DNA of 64,000 nt from the NCBI GenBank assembly GCA_017623295.1, contig JAGAPK010000047.1:23456-87455 (forward strand). Direction: 5' to 3'. The stretch comes from Lachnospiraceae bacterium. GTDB lineage: Bacteria > Bacillota > Clostridia > Lachnospirales > Lachnospiraceae. The position numbers and the translations under genes were made by a program. Below, piece by piece: positions 31,263-41,278 of this stretch (positions are counted from its first letter, which is position 1; every line of letters begins with the position of its first letter). Below the pieces are notes generated by a model, which saw nothing but the letters and a program-made list of their open reading frames with translations, did not search any database and was not told the origin of the DNA.

Positions 31263-31925
31263 TTATTCAATGATACATTTTACCCCGCTTAATGCTTCAA
31301 AATGGTATTTTACAATCCCTAAATCCAGTTTTGTATAGAAACCTTTCCCGGCTTTTAAATAAACTTTATCATTATCCAGAGTGAAATAAAATTTCTGCTG
31401 ATTTGTAGCAGTTGGCGCAAGCATGGCTCCCTGCATACCATTTTCGAACCAATCCGGCATATTGTTTGCACAATTACATACAGATGAAAGTTCTTTATTC
31501 TTATGCTCATTGCCTTGTGTAGCACCATAACCAAGTGCAATAACACAAATTAACTTCTCATCATCTGCTATATCTGCTTTACATTTTTTCTTTCCATAAG
31601 TAAGTGCAACCCAACAAGTGTTCAGTCCTAATTCTTGTGCCTTTAAAACTATTTTCTCGCCATAATAACCGCACTTTTCTTCTAAATCTTTATCTTTCTT
31701 GCCAACTAATGAAATATAATTGTTTACACCTCTAAAATTTCCATAATGTGCCATCATTGTGCTAAAACATTCCGGTTCATCAAAGGTTATCTGAATATTA
31801 AGGCCACTTTCCTCATTACATTCACTGACACAGTCTAACAACTGCTCTCTTATATCTGCTTCTATTTTTCTATCAATATATTGGCGCACACTGTGACGAT
31901 TTTTCATGATATCTAATAATTCCAT
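31263..31925 (-). CDS. nitroreductase family protein
   Basis: RHSVRQY, GLNTCWV, APTATNQQ, DLGIVKYHF; start at ATG after AAGGAGG. Confidence 0.88.
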   Translation of the reverse strand: MELLDIMKNRHSVRQYIDRKIEADIREQLLDCVSECNEESGLNIQITFDEPECFSTMMAHYGNFRGVNNYISLVGKKDKDLEEKCGYYGEKIVLKAQELGLNTCWVALTYGKKKCKADIADDEKLICVIALGYGATQGNEHKNKELSSVCNCANNMPDWFENGMQGAMLAPTATNQQKFYFTLDNDKVYLKAGKGFYTKLDLGIVKYHFEALSGVKCIIE

Positions 31926-32036
31926 ACAAAGGACCTCCTTGTCATACATATATTAAAATAATTGATGAAAATATTATAACATATTTTATCCCAATATATA
32001 AAACAAGTGTTTCTTTTCTTATAAAAATATTATATT

Positions 32037-32073
32037 AAAAAAGAAGCCATACTCAAATTACAAGTACAGCTTC
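32037..32073 (-). terminator. intrinsic terminator downstream of yneA-like gene
   Basis: minus strand GAAGCTGTACTT...GAGTATGGCTTC followed by T tract. Confidence 0.65.
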
Positions 32074-32090
32074 AACAGGGGACAACATAA

Positions 32091-32468
32091 TTATCCAACA
32101 AATTCATTGGAATAATAAGGAACAATCAAACACTGTCCGTAAGTAATATTATCGTTTGCTAACGTGTTCATTTGTTTTACTTCTTTGATGTAGTCATTTA
32201 CAGAATCATAATGTTCTGCATCCATATATTCCTCTGCAATTGACCAGAGTGTATCGCCATTCTCAATTGTAATACTTTTATAATATTTATAAGATGTTTC
32301 AATACTATCGTCTTTTGCATTTGATAAAAAACCATTCATACTGATAGAAAATGTAATAACAAGACAAACAGTCATAACTACCAAAAGAAAATTCTTACGC
32401 ATTTCTTTCTGTCTTCTGATTCTATTATTTTTAATTCTTCTTTCACTTCTACTGTTACTCATAATCAT
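32091..32468 (-). CDS. yneA: LysM-domain SOS cell division inhibitor, YneA-like
   Basis: basic N-terminus, TM helix, LysM (GDTLWSIA); divergent from lexA. Confidence 0.8.
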   Translation of the reverse strand: MIMSNSRSERRIKNNRIRRQKEMRKNFLLVVMTVCLVITFSISMNGFLSNAKDDSIETSYKYYKSITIENGDTLWSIAEEYMDAEHYDSVNDYIKEVKQMNTLANDNITYGQCLIVPYYSNEFVG

Positions 32469-32484
32469 ATCCTCCGTACAAAAC

Positions 32485-32595
32485 GAACAAATGTTGCGAA
32501 CGAATGTTCTTTATGTTTGTTATTATATCGAACACATTTTCGAATGTCAATACTTTTTTGAATATTTTTCGAACAAATATTCTGAATATATGTTT
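32485..32595. promoter_or_regulatory. cluster of LexA (Cheo) boxes GAAC-N4-GTTC
   Basis: GAACAAATGTTG 32485-96; GAACGAATGTTC 32498-509 (perfect); GAACACATTTTC 32530-41; GAACAAATATTC 32571-82; GAATATATGTTT 32584-95. Confidence 0.85.
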
Positions 32596-32759
32596 GCTTT
32601 TTTATTTCTACTATGTTAGAATAATTTATATCGCTACAAATGACATCTTGACATTCTTATAATATTATTGGTGTCTATATTATTGTTGTCTAAATTTATA
32701 GTATTCATTTTTTTGATAATTACCAAAACATAATGACATAATATATAAAGGAGGATTCT

Positions 32760-33377
32760 ATGGGATACGGTAAAATCACCAAGAAACAACAGGAAATTCT
32801 TGATTATATCAAAGAAGAAATTTTGAAGAAAGGTTATCCGCCGGCAGTTCGTGAAATATGTGAGGCAGTACAGCTCAAATCAACCTCTTCTGTTCACTCT
32901 CACTTAGAAACTTTAGAGAAGAACGGCTATATCAGACGTGACCCAACCAAACCACGTGCTATTGAAATTTGTGATGATAATTTTCAGATGGTTCGTACAG
33001 AGATGGTTTCGCTTCCGGTAATCGGTCAGGTAGCTGCCGGTGCTCCAATTCTTGCCGAAGAAAACATTGAAAGCTATTTCCCGGTTCCGGCAGAAATGGT
33101 TCCAAATGGCGATTCTTTTGTTTTGAAAGTAAAAGGCGATTCCATGATAAATGCCGGTATTTACAGTGGCGATCAGATTTTTGTACATAGCTGTAATACC
33201 GCTAATAATGGAGATACTGTAGTCGCTTTAATTGATGACTCTGCTACGGTTAAAACTTTTTATAAAGAAAATGGTCATATTCGTCTGCAGCCTGAAAATG
33301 ATTATATGGACCCTATTATTGTAGATGATTGCCAGATTCTTGGTAAAGTATTCGGCGTTTTCCGTTTGTATCGATAA
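32760..33377 (+). CDS. lexA: SOS repressor LexA
   Basis: GYPPAVREI wHTH; VAAG cleavage site; GDSM and TVK catalytic dyad. Confidence 0.98.
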   Translation: MGYGKITKKQQEILDYIKEEILKKGYPPAVREICEAVQLKSTSSVHSHLETLEKNGYIRRDPTKPRAIEICDDNFQMVRTEMVSLPVIGQVAAGAPILAEENIESYFPVPAEMVPNGDSFVLKVKGDSMINAGIYSGDQIFVHSCNTANNGDTVVALIDDSATVKTFYKENGHIRLQPENDYMDPIIVDDCQILGKVFGVFRLYR

Positions 33378-33391
33378 TACTATTTTTTCCA

Positions 33392-33420
33392 GTATAGCCT
33401 TCTTTTTGTAAGAGATAATA
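33392..33420 (+). promoter_or_regulatory. possible sigma-F/sigma-G forespore promoter
   Basis: GTATA-N15-GAGATAATA upstream of the DUF378 gene. Confidence 0.35.
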
Positions 33421-33500
33421 ATAAATGATTGAAACTGTTTCTATATAGATTTATATAAAAATTTTGTTTCTTTCAATTCTTATGGAAAGGGGAACGAATT

Positions 33501-33722
33501 ATGAACAATAAAGGATTAGATTGTATTGCCCTGACAATTGCTATCATTGGTGCAATTAACTGGGGTCTTATCGGTTTCTTTGGATTTGACCTGGTAGCCT
33601 TTATTTTTGGTAATATGTCATGGCTTTCCAGAATCATTTATGCATTAGTCGGTATTTCTGGTATATATCTTATTACTTTTTATATGTACGCAGGCGGTTC
33701 ACTTCGGGAATCGCACGAATAA
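33501..33722 (+). CDS. DUF378 (YuzA-like) small membrane protein
   Basis: IIGAINWGLIG.FGFDLVA.IFG...SRIIY.LVG. Confidence 0.9.
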   Translation: MNNKGLDCIALTIAIIGAINWGLIGFFGFDLVAFIFGNMSWLSRIIYALVGISGIYLITFYMYAGGSLRESHE

Positions 33723-33739
33723 AAGCGATTAACGCAAAT

Positions 33740-33778
33740 AATGGACTTCAACAAGTTACTGTTGGAGTCCATTTTTTT
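33740..33778. terminator. bidirectional terminator
   Basis: AATGGACTTCAACA-N6-TGTTGGAGTCCATT plus T tract between convergent genes. Confidence 0.8.
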
Positions 33779-34124
33779 ACAAATTCTCTTTCTCAATCAC
33801 AACGCCATCTCTCCAGATACGCTCTAAATCATAGAAAAGGCGGTTTTCTTTATCAAAGATATGAATAATTACATCCTGAAAGTCCATTAAAATCCAATTT
33901 GCATTCTGATATCCTTCCACTTGTTTCTCCGGACAGCCAGCTTTTCCAAGTTTCTCAGAAACATTATCTGCCATAGCCTGTACCTGACTCTTGTTCGTAC
34001 CATTTGCAATAATAAAATAATCTGCAATGGTGGAGATATGACTAATATCAATAATTGTCACATCTTCTGCTTTTTTATCTTCTAAGGCATTAATTGCAAG
34101 TTTTGCCATTTCTTTTGCTGTCAT
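33777..34124 (-). CDS. rsfS: ribosome silencing factor
   Basis: EDKKAED, ADYFII, WILMD, FYDLERIW. Confidence 0.96.
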   Translation of the reverse strand: MTAKEMAKLAINALEDKKAEDVTIIDISHISTIADYFIIANGTNKSQVQAMADNVSEKLGKAGCPEKQVEGYQNANWILMDFQDVIIHIFDKENRLFYDLERIWRDGVVIEKENL

Positions 34125-34176
34125 GTGTTTACTCCTTTCATATTCTGCTTATATGAAACTATTTTGGGCTTAATTA

Positions 34177-34761
34177 TTATTGTAGTGATATATTTCTATA
34201 ATAATTATATGTTTTCAATGTCATATCATCAATCTGATCATCTGTTGTCTGTAAATAAGCCAATGTATCTTCTAATATTTTCAGTAATGTCTTATCCAAA
34301 TCCTGATAAGCCATTTTGCGTATTTGAGCCAGATTTGCGGCATGTTTTCTGCCGGGCTCCATATAATCGGCAATATAGAGAATTTTCTCTAAACGGCTCA
34401 TATCCGGCCGTCCTGTGGTATGATACTGAATTGCATATAAAATATCTTCATCCGTTACGCCATATTTTTCTTTGGCATAATAGCTTCCAACCTTTGCATG
34501 CAAAAGTGCCGACGGATTTTTCATTTCTATTTCAGACATTTCCAGATTGTTCTTTTTGCAGATAGAAACCAGTTTCTTACCTTCGATACATTTCGCACAA
34601 TCATGAAGCATTCCTGCGATAAGAGCCTTTTCCGTGTCTTCATCATGGACCATAGCCAAAGAAGCGGCCGTATAAGCAACCGATAACGTATGCTCATAGC
34701 GCTTTGCTGTCTGCTCTTTTTCCATTTCTTTTCTTAGTTTCTTCAAATCTATTGTTTTCAT
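34177..34761 (-). CDS. yqeK: HD-domain Ap4A hydrolase YqeK
   Basis: RYEH, LHDCAK, LLH, HTTG, ADY.EPGR. Confidence 0.92.
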   Translation of the reverse strand: MKTIDLKKLRKEMEKEQTAKRYEHTLSVAYTAASLAMVHDEDTEKALIAGMLHDCAKCIEGKKLVSICKKNNLEMSEIEMKNPSALLHAKVGSYYAKEKYGVTDEDILYAIQYHTTGRPDMSRLEKILYIADYMEPGRKHAANLAQIRKMAYQDLDKTLLKILEDTLAYLQTTDDQIDDMTLKTYNYYRNISLQ

Positions 34762-34805
34762 ACAAAGACTCCAATTATAGCAATACATAAAATCAATATA
34801 GCAAT

Positions 34806-35414
34806 TTAATCTGCTTTATATAATTTATTTTTTATAATATAATCATACACCGCATCCGGCACCAGATAACGAATAGAGTTTCCTTCTTTTACTGATTCTC
34901 GTATCATTGAAGAAGAAATCTCGATATTACTCGTATGAAGTAAAAAAATACTTGCCTTGTATTTTTCTTTCAGATAAGCAATCTGTTTCTCCATATCCGC
35001 AGTTGATTTGTCATCTCTTACCGCTGCTAAAATATTGCATCCTGCAAAAATTTTCTCTGGTGCTTTCCAGTTCTCAATTGCCCATAAACTGTCTGCTCCC
35101 AGAATAAAATAATATTCTGTTCCCGGATTTTTATCATGCAGACTATTTAACGTCTCGTAAGTATAGGTATTTCCTTCTTTTTCGACCTCTATCATGGAAA
35201 CATCAAAAAAAGGATTTTCTATCGTTGCAAGTTTTGTCATTTCTGCACGTACTTCTCCCGGAAGAACCTCTTTACAGTCTTTCATATAAGGATTTCCGCA
35301 AGGAATAAACAGAATTTCATCCAGATGAAACTGTTCCCGTGCTTTTTCCGCAATAATAAGATGTCCTATATGAATTGGGTTAAATGTGCCACCCATAATT
35401 CCTACTTTTTTCAA
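34806..35414 (-). CDS. nadD: nicotinate-nucleotide adenylyltransferase
   Basis: GGTFNPIHIGH, FILGAD, ISSSMIR. Confidence 0.96.
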   Translation of the reverse strand: MKKVGIMGGTFNPIHIGHLIIAEKAREQFHLDEILFIPCGNPYMKDCKEVLPGEVRAEMTKLATIENPFFDVSMIEVEKEGNTYTYETLNSLHDKNPGTEYYFILGADSLWAIENWKAPEKIFAGCNILAAVRDDKSTADMEKQIAYLKEKYKASIFLLHTSNIEISSSMIRESVKEGNSIRYLVPDAVYDYIIKNKLYKAD

Positions 35415-35423
35415 GATGTACTC

Positions 35424-35714
35424 CTATCTTGGCAGAATAATCTTCGGATTTTTCTTATCCGGTTTGTATAAAACAATTTTCTTGCCAATAACCTGAACAA
35501 CCTGTGAATGTGTTCTCTCGGCAACTGCCTGTGCAATTTCATTCGGGTCATCCATACAGTTTTTCAAAACTGCAATTTTTATCAGTTCTTTTGTATTAAA
35601 AGCTTCTTCAATTGCCTGTGTAAATTCCGGTGTCAGACTGGATTTTCCAACCTGAAAAATTGGATTCAATGTGCTTGCCAGGCTTTTCAAATATGCTCTC
35701 TGCTTACTTGTCAT
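35424..35714 (-). CDS. yhbY: RNA-binding CRM-domain protein YhbY
   Basis: TSKQRAYL, QVGK, ELIKI, VQVIG. Confidence 0.94.
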   Translation of the reverse strand: MTSKQRAYLKSLASTLNPIFQVGKSSLTPEFTQAIEEAFNTKELIKIAVLKNCMDDPNEIAQAVAERTHSQVVQVIGKKIVLYKPDKKNPKIILPR

Positions 35715-35783
35715 GTTAATCTCCATTTCTACGCATATTTTCTTGCAAAATACGAAAAATCTTTTTCATATGAATTTTCCATA

Positions 35784-37094
<1,311 letters not shown>

Positions 37095-37141
37095 TTATAT
37101 TCGTCAAAAAAGTAGCTCTTCTGAGCATCTTCATACTACAC

Positions 37142-37176
37142 AAAAAAGGCTTCAAACACACAATATGTTTGAAGCC
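37142..37176 (-). terminator. intrinsic terminator after rpmA
   Basis: GGCTTCAAACA-N7-TGTTTGAAGCC with T tract on minus strand. Confidence 0.85.
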
Positions 37177-37188
37177 CGATCATTCGTA

Positions 37189-37473
37189 TTATTTCTCTAC
37201 AGGATATACGGAAGCTTGTTTTTTATCTCTTCCTTTTCTTTCGAATCTAAGTACACCGTCAACTAATGCGAATAATGTATCATCTCCACCGATACCTACG
37301 TTAGTACCTGGATGAATCTTAGTTCCACGCTGTCTGTATAAAATATTTCCTGCTTTTACGAATTGTCCGTCAGCTCTTTTTGCACCTAATCTCTTGGATT
37401 CGGAATCTCTACCGTTCTTAGTAGAACCAACACCTTTCTTATGTGCAAAAAATTGAAGGTTCATATTTAACAT
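37189..37473 (-). CDS. rpmA: 50S ribosomal protein L27 with Prp-cleaved N-terminal extension
   Basis: [21 protein letters not shown]. Confidence 0.98.
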   Translation of the reverse strand: MLNMNLQFFAHKKGVGSTKNGRDSESKRLGAKRADGQFVKAGNILYRQRGTKIHPGTNVGIGGDDTLFALVDGVLRFERKGRDKKQASVYPVEK

Positions 37474-37477
37474 GGTA

Positions 37478-37807
37478 TTACACCTCCTCAAATTCTAGTT
37501 TACAGTATCTTTTCCCATATTGCTTCTCAATCTGGGAAAGTCCTAATATCAGGGAATCGACTAAAACTCTGGAAGTTTCCTTCAAAGGTTCATCAAATCG
37601 ACATTCAATCAGACCACTCTCCTCATCCGTTGTTACAGCAATCTTCTCATGTACAATTTCATCTAACGAATTAATTGTATTGATTACCAGAACGGAAATG
37701 GATGCACACACGATATCTCTACCATAGTCATCAAAGCCTGCATGTCCATTACATGTAAAACCTTTATATTCACCTGATTTTGTTTTATGAAATGTTACTT
37801 TCGTCAT
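37478..37807 (-). CDS. prp: ribosomal-processing cysteine protease Prp
   Basis: [11 protein letters not shown]; located between rplU and rpmA. Confidence 0.94.
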   Translation of the reverse strand: MTKVTFHKTKSGEYKGFTCNGHAGFDDYGRDIVCASISVLVINTINSLDEIVHEKIAVTTDEESGLIECRFDEPLKETSRVLVDSLILGLSQIEKQYGKRYCKLEFEEV

Positions 37808-37839
37808 TTCACACCTTTAAGCATCTTTCAGAAACAAAA

Positions 37840-38145
37840 TTATGCGTTAATCTTGTCAATTTTTACCTGAGTGTATGCTTGTCTATGACCATTTTTCTTG
37901 TGATAGCCTGTTTTTCTCTTATATTTGTAAACGATAACTTTACGAGCACGTCCCTGATCTAAAACAGTTCCGGATACTGTTGCACTAGCAACATCACCTG
38001 CAACTTTAAGCTCTTTATCGCTAACAGCTATAACCTGGTCAAATGTAACAGTAGCTCCTACTTCTGCATCAAGTTTTTCAACTTTGATTACATCTCCTTC
38101 AGAAACTTTGTACTGCTTTCCACCTGTTGCAATAATTGCGTACAT
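37840..38145 (-). CDS. rplU: 50S ribosomal protein L21
   Basis: MYAIIATGGKQYKV, GHRQ.YT. Confidence 0.98.
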   Translation of the reverse strand: MYAIIATGGKQYKVSEGDVIKVEKLDAEVGATVTFDQVIAVSDKELKVAGDVASATVSGTVLDQGRARKVIVYKYKRKTGYHKKNGHRQAYTQVKIDKINA

Positions 38146-38171
38146 ATGGCACCTCCTATTCATGAACCGTA

Positions 38172-38240
38172 GTTCATCTTACTCGCTAGCTTCGGTGACA
38201 TCCTTACGGACATACTTTTACCTCACTATGCGGCATACTC
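38172..38240 (-). ncRNA. L21 leader cis-regulatory RNA
   Basis: 5' UTR of rplU with GCCGCA...GCGAGT signature; boundaries approximate. Confidence 0.7.
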
Positions 38241-38244
38241 GAAT

Positions 38245-38273
38245 ATCTTACACTTTCTTCCCGTATTTGTCAA
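38245..38273 (-). promoter_or_regulatory. sigma-A promoter of rplU operon
   Basis: TTGACA-N17-TAAGAT on minus strand. Confidence 0.8.
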
Positions 38274-38280
38274 CAATTTC

Positions 38281-38844
38281 TCAAAGATTTTTTGGAAATT
38301 TTTTCACAAAGGAATAAGCTGCAATTTGTGCTCTGGCACTGAATTCTTCTGTTTCTAGCAATTCTAAAACTTCCTCTTTGGTATAAAAAGCAGCTTCGAT
38401 TTCTTCGTTATCAGAAGTATGATCTTCCAACGCTCCTTCTACTTCTACAAAAGCAATCTGGGTCTTAATATCAGAAATACCAACCGCTGAAAAAGAAGGC
38501 TTTAAAATATCAAGAATCTTTTTTACCTGTAAGCCGGTTTCTTCGTAGAGTTCCCTCTGAATACATTCTTCTATGGATTCGCCTTCTTCTATCATTCCGG
38601 CACAAAGATTATATATTTTCCGGTTAACCGCCATGCGAAATTCCCGCAGAAGCAAAAGCTTATCTTCATGATATGCCACAATTGAAACACCGCTCACATG
38701 ATTACCAAGTGCCTTTTCATCCGGAATCTCGTGTCTTCCAACGATTTCGTATGTTTTTTCTTTTCCTTTTTTATTCAGATAAGTAAGTTCATAATTTTTC
38801 AGATACTTACCATCTTTAACTTTCTTTAAATGTTGTAATTCCAT
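38281..38844 (-). CDS. NUDIX hydrolase (ADP-ribose pyrophosphatase-like)
   Basis: Nudix box G.IEEGE....C..REL.EETG. Confidence 0.9.
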   Translation of the reverse strand: MELQHLKKVKDGKYLKNYELTYLNKKGKEKTYEIVGRHEIPDEKALGNHVSGVSIVAYHEDKLLLLREFRMAVNRKIYNLCAGMIEEGESIEECIQRELYEETGLQVKKILDILKPSFSAVGISDIKTQIAFVEVEGALEDHTSDNEEIEAAFYTKEEVLELLETEEFSARAQIAAYSFVKKFPKNL

Positions 38845-38857
38845 TTATATAATTCCC

Positions 38858-40072
38858 TTACGATTTTATTTGCTCTGCAAAAGATTTGTTTTGTTTTTTT
38901 CTTGTAATCTCCATTAGTCCCAGTCCGGTAATATCAACGACATGAGCAGTTACCGGATCTTCATGCAGATATTTCTTCATTGCCTGCACCAACTGCTCTT
39001 CATGCTCTTTCTTTTTCATATTGATAAAATCGACTAATATCATACCGGATAAATTTCTGGCACGAAGAGATAGTGCAATCGCTTCTGCCGCTTCCAGATT
39101 GATTTTTAAATAAGTTTCTTCCTGATTTTTACCGGCTTCATACTTTCCGGTGTTGACATCAATCGCAATCAATGCTTCGGTCTGTTCAATAATCAGATAG
39201 CCCCCGGATTTTAACCAGACCTTTTTATCCAGCAGTTCTTTGATTCTTGTTTCAATGGAATACAGCTTATACAATGGCAGCATCGAATCCGCATAAAAAC
39301 GAATTGGCAGATTTTTCGTTTTTTCATCTTCCAAAAGAGCCTCGTAAAATTCTTTCTCATCTGTCACAATTTCATCATATTCCGCCTGGTAAGCATTTTT
39401 TACAAAAGACATATATTCCGGTTCACCATGATACAAACAGCTAAAACAGGTTCGTTTATCGCCAATCGCAAGAATATGCTCCATTTGTACTGCCAGTTTT
39501 TCTGCCTCGGTAATGACTTGTGAAATATCTTCAGCCGAACCGGCGTTTGTGCGCACAATAACCTCAAATTTCTCTGCTATTTTCTGTAACGTTTCCTGTT
39601 CTTTGTATAAATGATGATATTTTGTTCCGAGTTTGGAAGATATACGGATATTTTCTTTGGAATTTTGTTGTTGTCCATTATATTCAATGACGACATAAGT
39701 TCCTGCCAATGATAATTTTGCCGAAGAACCAGCCAGTTTCGTCTTTAAAGGATCTTTTACGACCTGTACTAAAAGCTCATCTCCGGTTTTAATTGTGCCG
39801 TCTGCCTTTCGGTTTGTCAAAATAACGTTCTTTGCTTCCTTCATTGGCAAAAAGGTCAGCTCACCTTTTTGAATCTCTACAAAAGCCGCCCCGATATTTG
39901 CAGACACATTCTGCACTTTTCCAACGTATATATTTCCAATCTGACTGCTCTTTTCAGCACCTGCCTGAATAGACAGAATCCGGTTATCACGAATCAGAAT
40001 AGAAAAAGTCTTGCCATTTAGTTTTAATAATAGTATTTTACCTTTTTTGTTGTTTTCTATTTGTTTGCTCAT
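38858..40072 (-). CDS. rng: ribonuclease E/G family protein
   Basis: S1 domain (IGNIYVGKV, AAFVEI, VQVVKD); IDVNTG, ILVDFI, GLMEITRK. Confidence 0.92.
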   Translation of the reverse strand: MSKQIENNKKGKILLLKLNGKTFSILIRDNRILSIQAGAEKSSQIGNIYVGKVQNVSANIGAAFVEIQKGELTFLPMKEAKNVILTNRKADGTIKTGDELLVQVVKDPLKTKLAGSSAKLSLAGTYVVIEYNGQQQNSKENIRISSKLGTKYHHLYKEQETLQKIAEKFEVIVRTNAGSAEDISQVITEAEKLAVQMEHILAIGDKRTCFSCLYHGEPEYMSFVKNAYQAEYDEIVTDEKEFYEALLEDEKTKNLPIRFYADSMLPLYKLYSIETRIKELLDKKVWLKSGGYLIIEQTEALIAIDVNTGKYEAGKNQEETYLKINLEAAEAIALSLRARNLSGMILVDFINMKKKEHEEQLVQAMKKYLHEDPVTAHVVDITGLGLMEITRKKQNKSFAEQIKS

Positions 40073-40089
40073 GGTTATTATTATACCTG

Positions 40090-40486
40090 TTATTGGTGGG
40101 AAAAGCTATAACTTTCCATCTCGGTAGAAAAGGCACTTTCTGGCATGGACACTCTTGCCGCTGCATCTCCAACAGATAAGATACCATCATGGACTAATTC
40201 AAATAAAGTTTCCAAACGTCCTTTTTCAATTCCCTTTGCTTCAATTCGGTCACTCAAATTACACATAAGCCTCATCTCCTCCTGCATTTCTCTTGTAACA
40301 ATATCATATACGGTATAATATTCTTTCTGTGCTTCTATATTGATAATAAGTTTAATTCGTTCTTTCTCGGGTGTCAATACATGCCAGAATGGGTTTATTA
40401 CTCAAAATATTTTTTACCTGTGCATCATATTTTGCTTTATCTCCACCAACTTCTAAAGCTTCTGCTGTACTTGTTTTCAACTGCAT
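40090..40486 (-). pseudogene. internally deleted Rpn / PD-(D/E)XK nuclease family remnant; C-terminal mini-ORF 40090-40266 intact
   Basis: frame 1 from ATG 40486 (MQLK...KYDAQVKNILSNKPILA) shifts to KLIINIEAQKEYY..YDIVTR, then jumps to EEMRLMCNLSDRIEAKG; these motifs are normally spread over a roughly 300-aa protein. Confidence 0.7.
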
Positions 40487-40585
40487 TCTTATCCTTTGTT
40501 TCCTTTCACTTTTTATTATTATAAATTTATCTTGCTGTTAAAAAGCTATCTTATTCTATCACTATTAACAAGTGTATTTTTATGC

Positions 40586-40614
40586 TTGACAATTTCTTCT
40601 GAAAGTGTTAACTT
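40586..40614 (+). promoter_or_regulatory. sigma-A promoter antisense to the 40633-41148 gene
   Basis: TTGACA (40586-91), 17-nt spacer ending TG-n, TAACTT (40609-14). Confidence 0.7.
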
Positions 40615-40620
40615 ATTTCT

Positions 40621-40689
40621 ATAGTCGAACACTTACAAAGTCGTGGGTAACTGTAACCCGAGCAAACTGGTAAGCGATTTGGCTTTTTT
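40621..40689 (+). ncRNA. predicted ~70-nt structured antisense RNA overlapping the 3' end of the MuF-C-like gene
   Basis: promoter just upstream; basal stem 40623-36 / 40670-84 with G-U pairs; apical 5-bp stem with 7-nt loop; U6 tail. Confidence 0.6.
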
Positions 40690-41148
40690 GTTGTCTATAA
40701 TATGAATTTCTGATGGAGCATGTTTTCTAAGATATATTCCTAAATTTTTTCTGCCATAAAAACTCATTATTTCATTAACTATCATATTTTGAACGCTTGA
40801 TTCCAGTTTCAGAGCAAGTAATATATTATTTCCATTTATATCTTTGTAATCGGAAATAAGTGCAAATGATTTGCGTTCTTTCTCATCCACCACCAAAATA
40901 GGATTCGCAATTTGTATTGGTAATGATTCTATTATAGAACGCTCAAGTCTATGAGCACTTCTACTTCCTTTAGGCTCTCGAATACATTTAGCAAGTGTAG
41001 ATTGTTTCATAACAATTGGTAATGATTTAGCTCCCAATTTTTGTAAATACTCAGGAGTATCACTAATTCGTATTATCTGATTAGATTTTAAAATACCCTT
41101 ATAATAACTGTCTATCTGCTCTAAATATGTCTGTTTATCTTTCTTCAT
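40633..41148 (-). CDS. stand-alone MuF-C-terminal / PBECR-like (BECR fold) putative RNase
   Basis: DTP..L..LG....PIVM, conserved H (SAH), LP..I.NP, N.I.S.YGR and C-terminal GLQLP resemble MuF-C domains of polyvalent proteins; recognised by eye. Confidence 0.6.
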   Translation of the reverse strand: MKKDKQTYLEQIDSYYKGILKSNQIIRISDTPEYLQKLGAKSLPIVMKQSTLAKCIREPKGSRSAHRLERSIIESLPIQIANPILVVDEKERKSFALISDYKDINGNNILLALKLESSVQNMIVNEIMSFYGRKNLGIYLRKHAPSEIHIIDNKKAKSLTSLLGLQLPTTL

Positions 41149-41238
41149 TCGTATAAAGTCTTAATATCCTCCTCTCACTTTTCATTAACAGGAATTCTCT
41201 TGGCGAATCGCCTCATTGCGCGAACAGCGCATTTACTC

Positions 41239-41278
41239 AAAAAAAATAGAATCACTCGGAATCGAGTGACTCTATTTT
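41239..41278 (-). terminator. intrinsic terminator downstream of the surface-protein gene
   Basis: AAAATAGAATCACTCG-gaat-CGAGTGACTCTATTTT; T8 tail on minus strand. Confidence 0.85.

Noticed and set aside
32001-32012. AAACAAGTGTTT as a LexA box for the nitroreductase (a similar site lies at 31177)
   Set aside because: Both outer G/C positions deviate, and such matches are common in AT-rich DNA.
40644-40660. A true tRNA gene (Gln or Tyr) at the apical hairpin
   Set aside because: No D arm, T-loop (GTTCGA) or acceptor stem; retained only as a possible anticodon-arm-like element.
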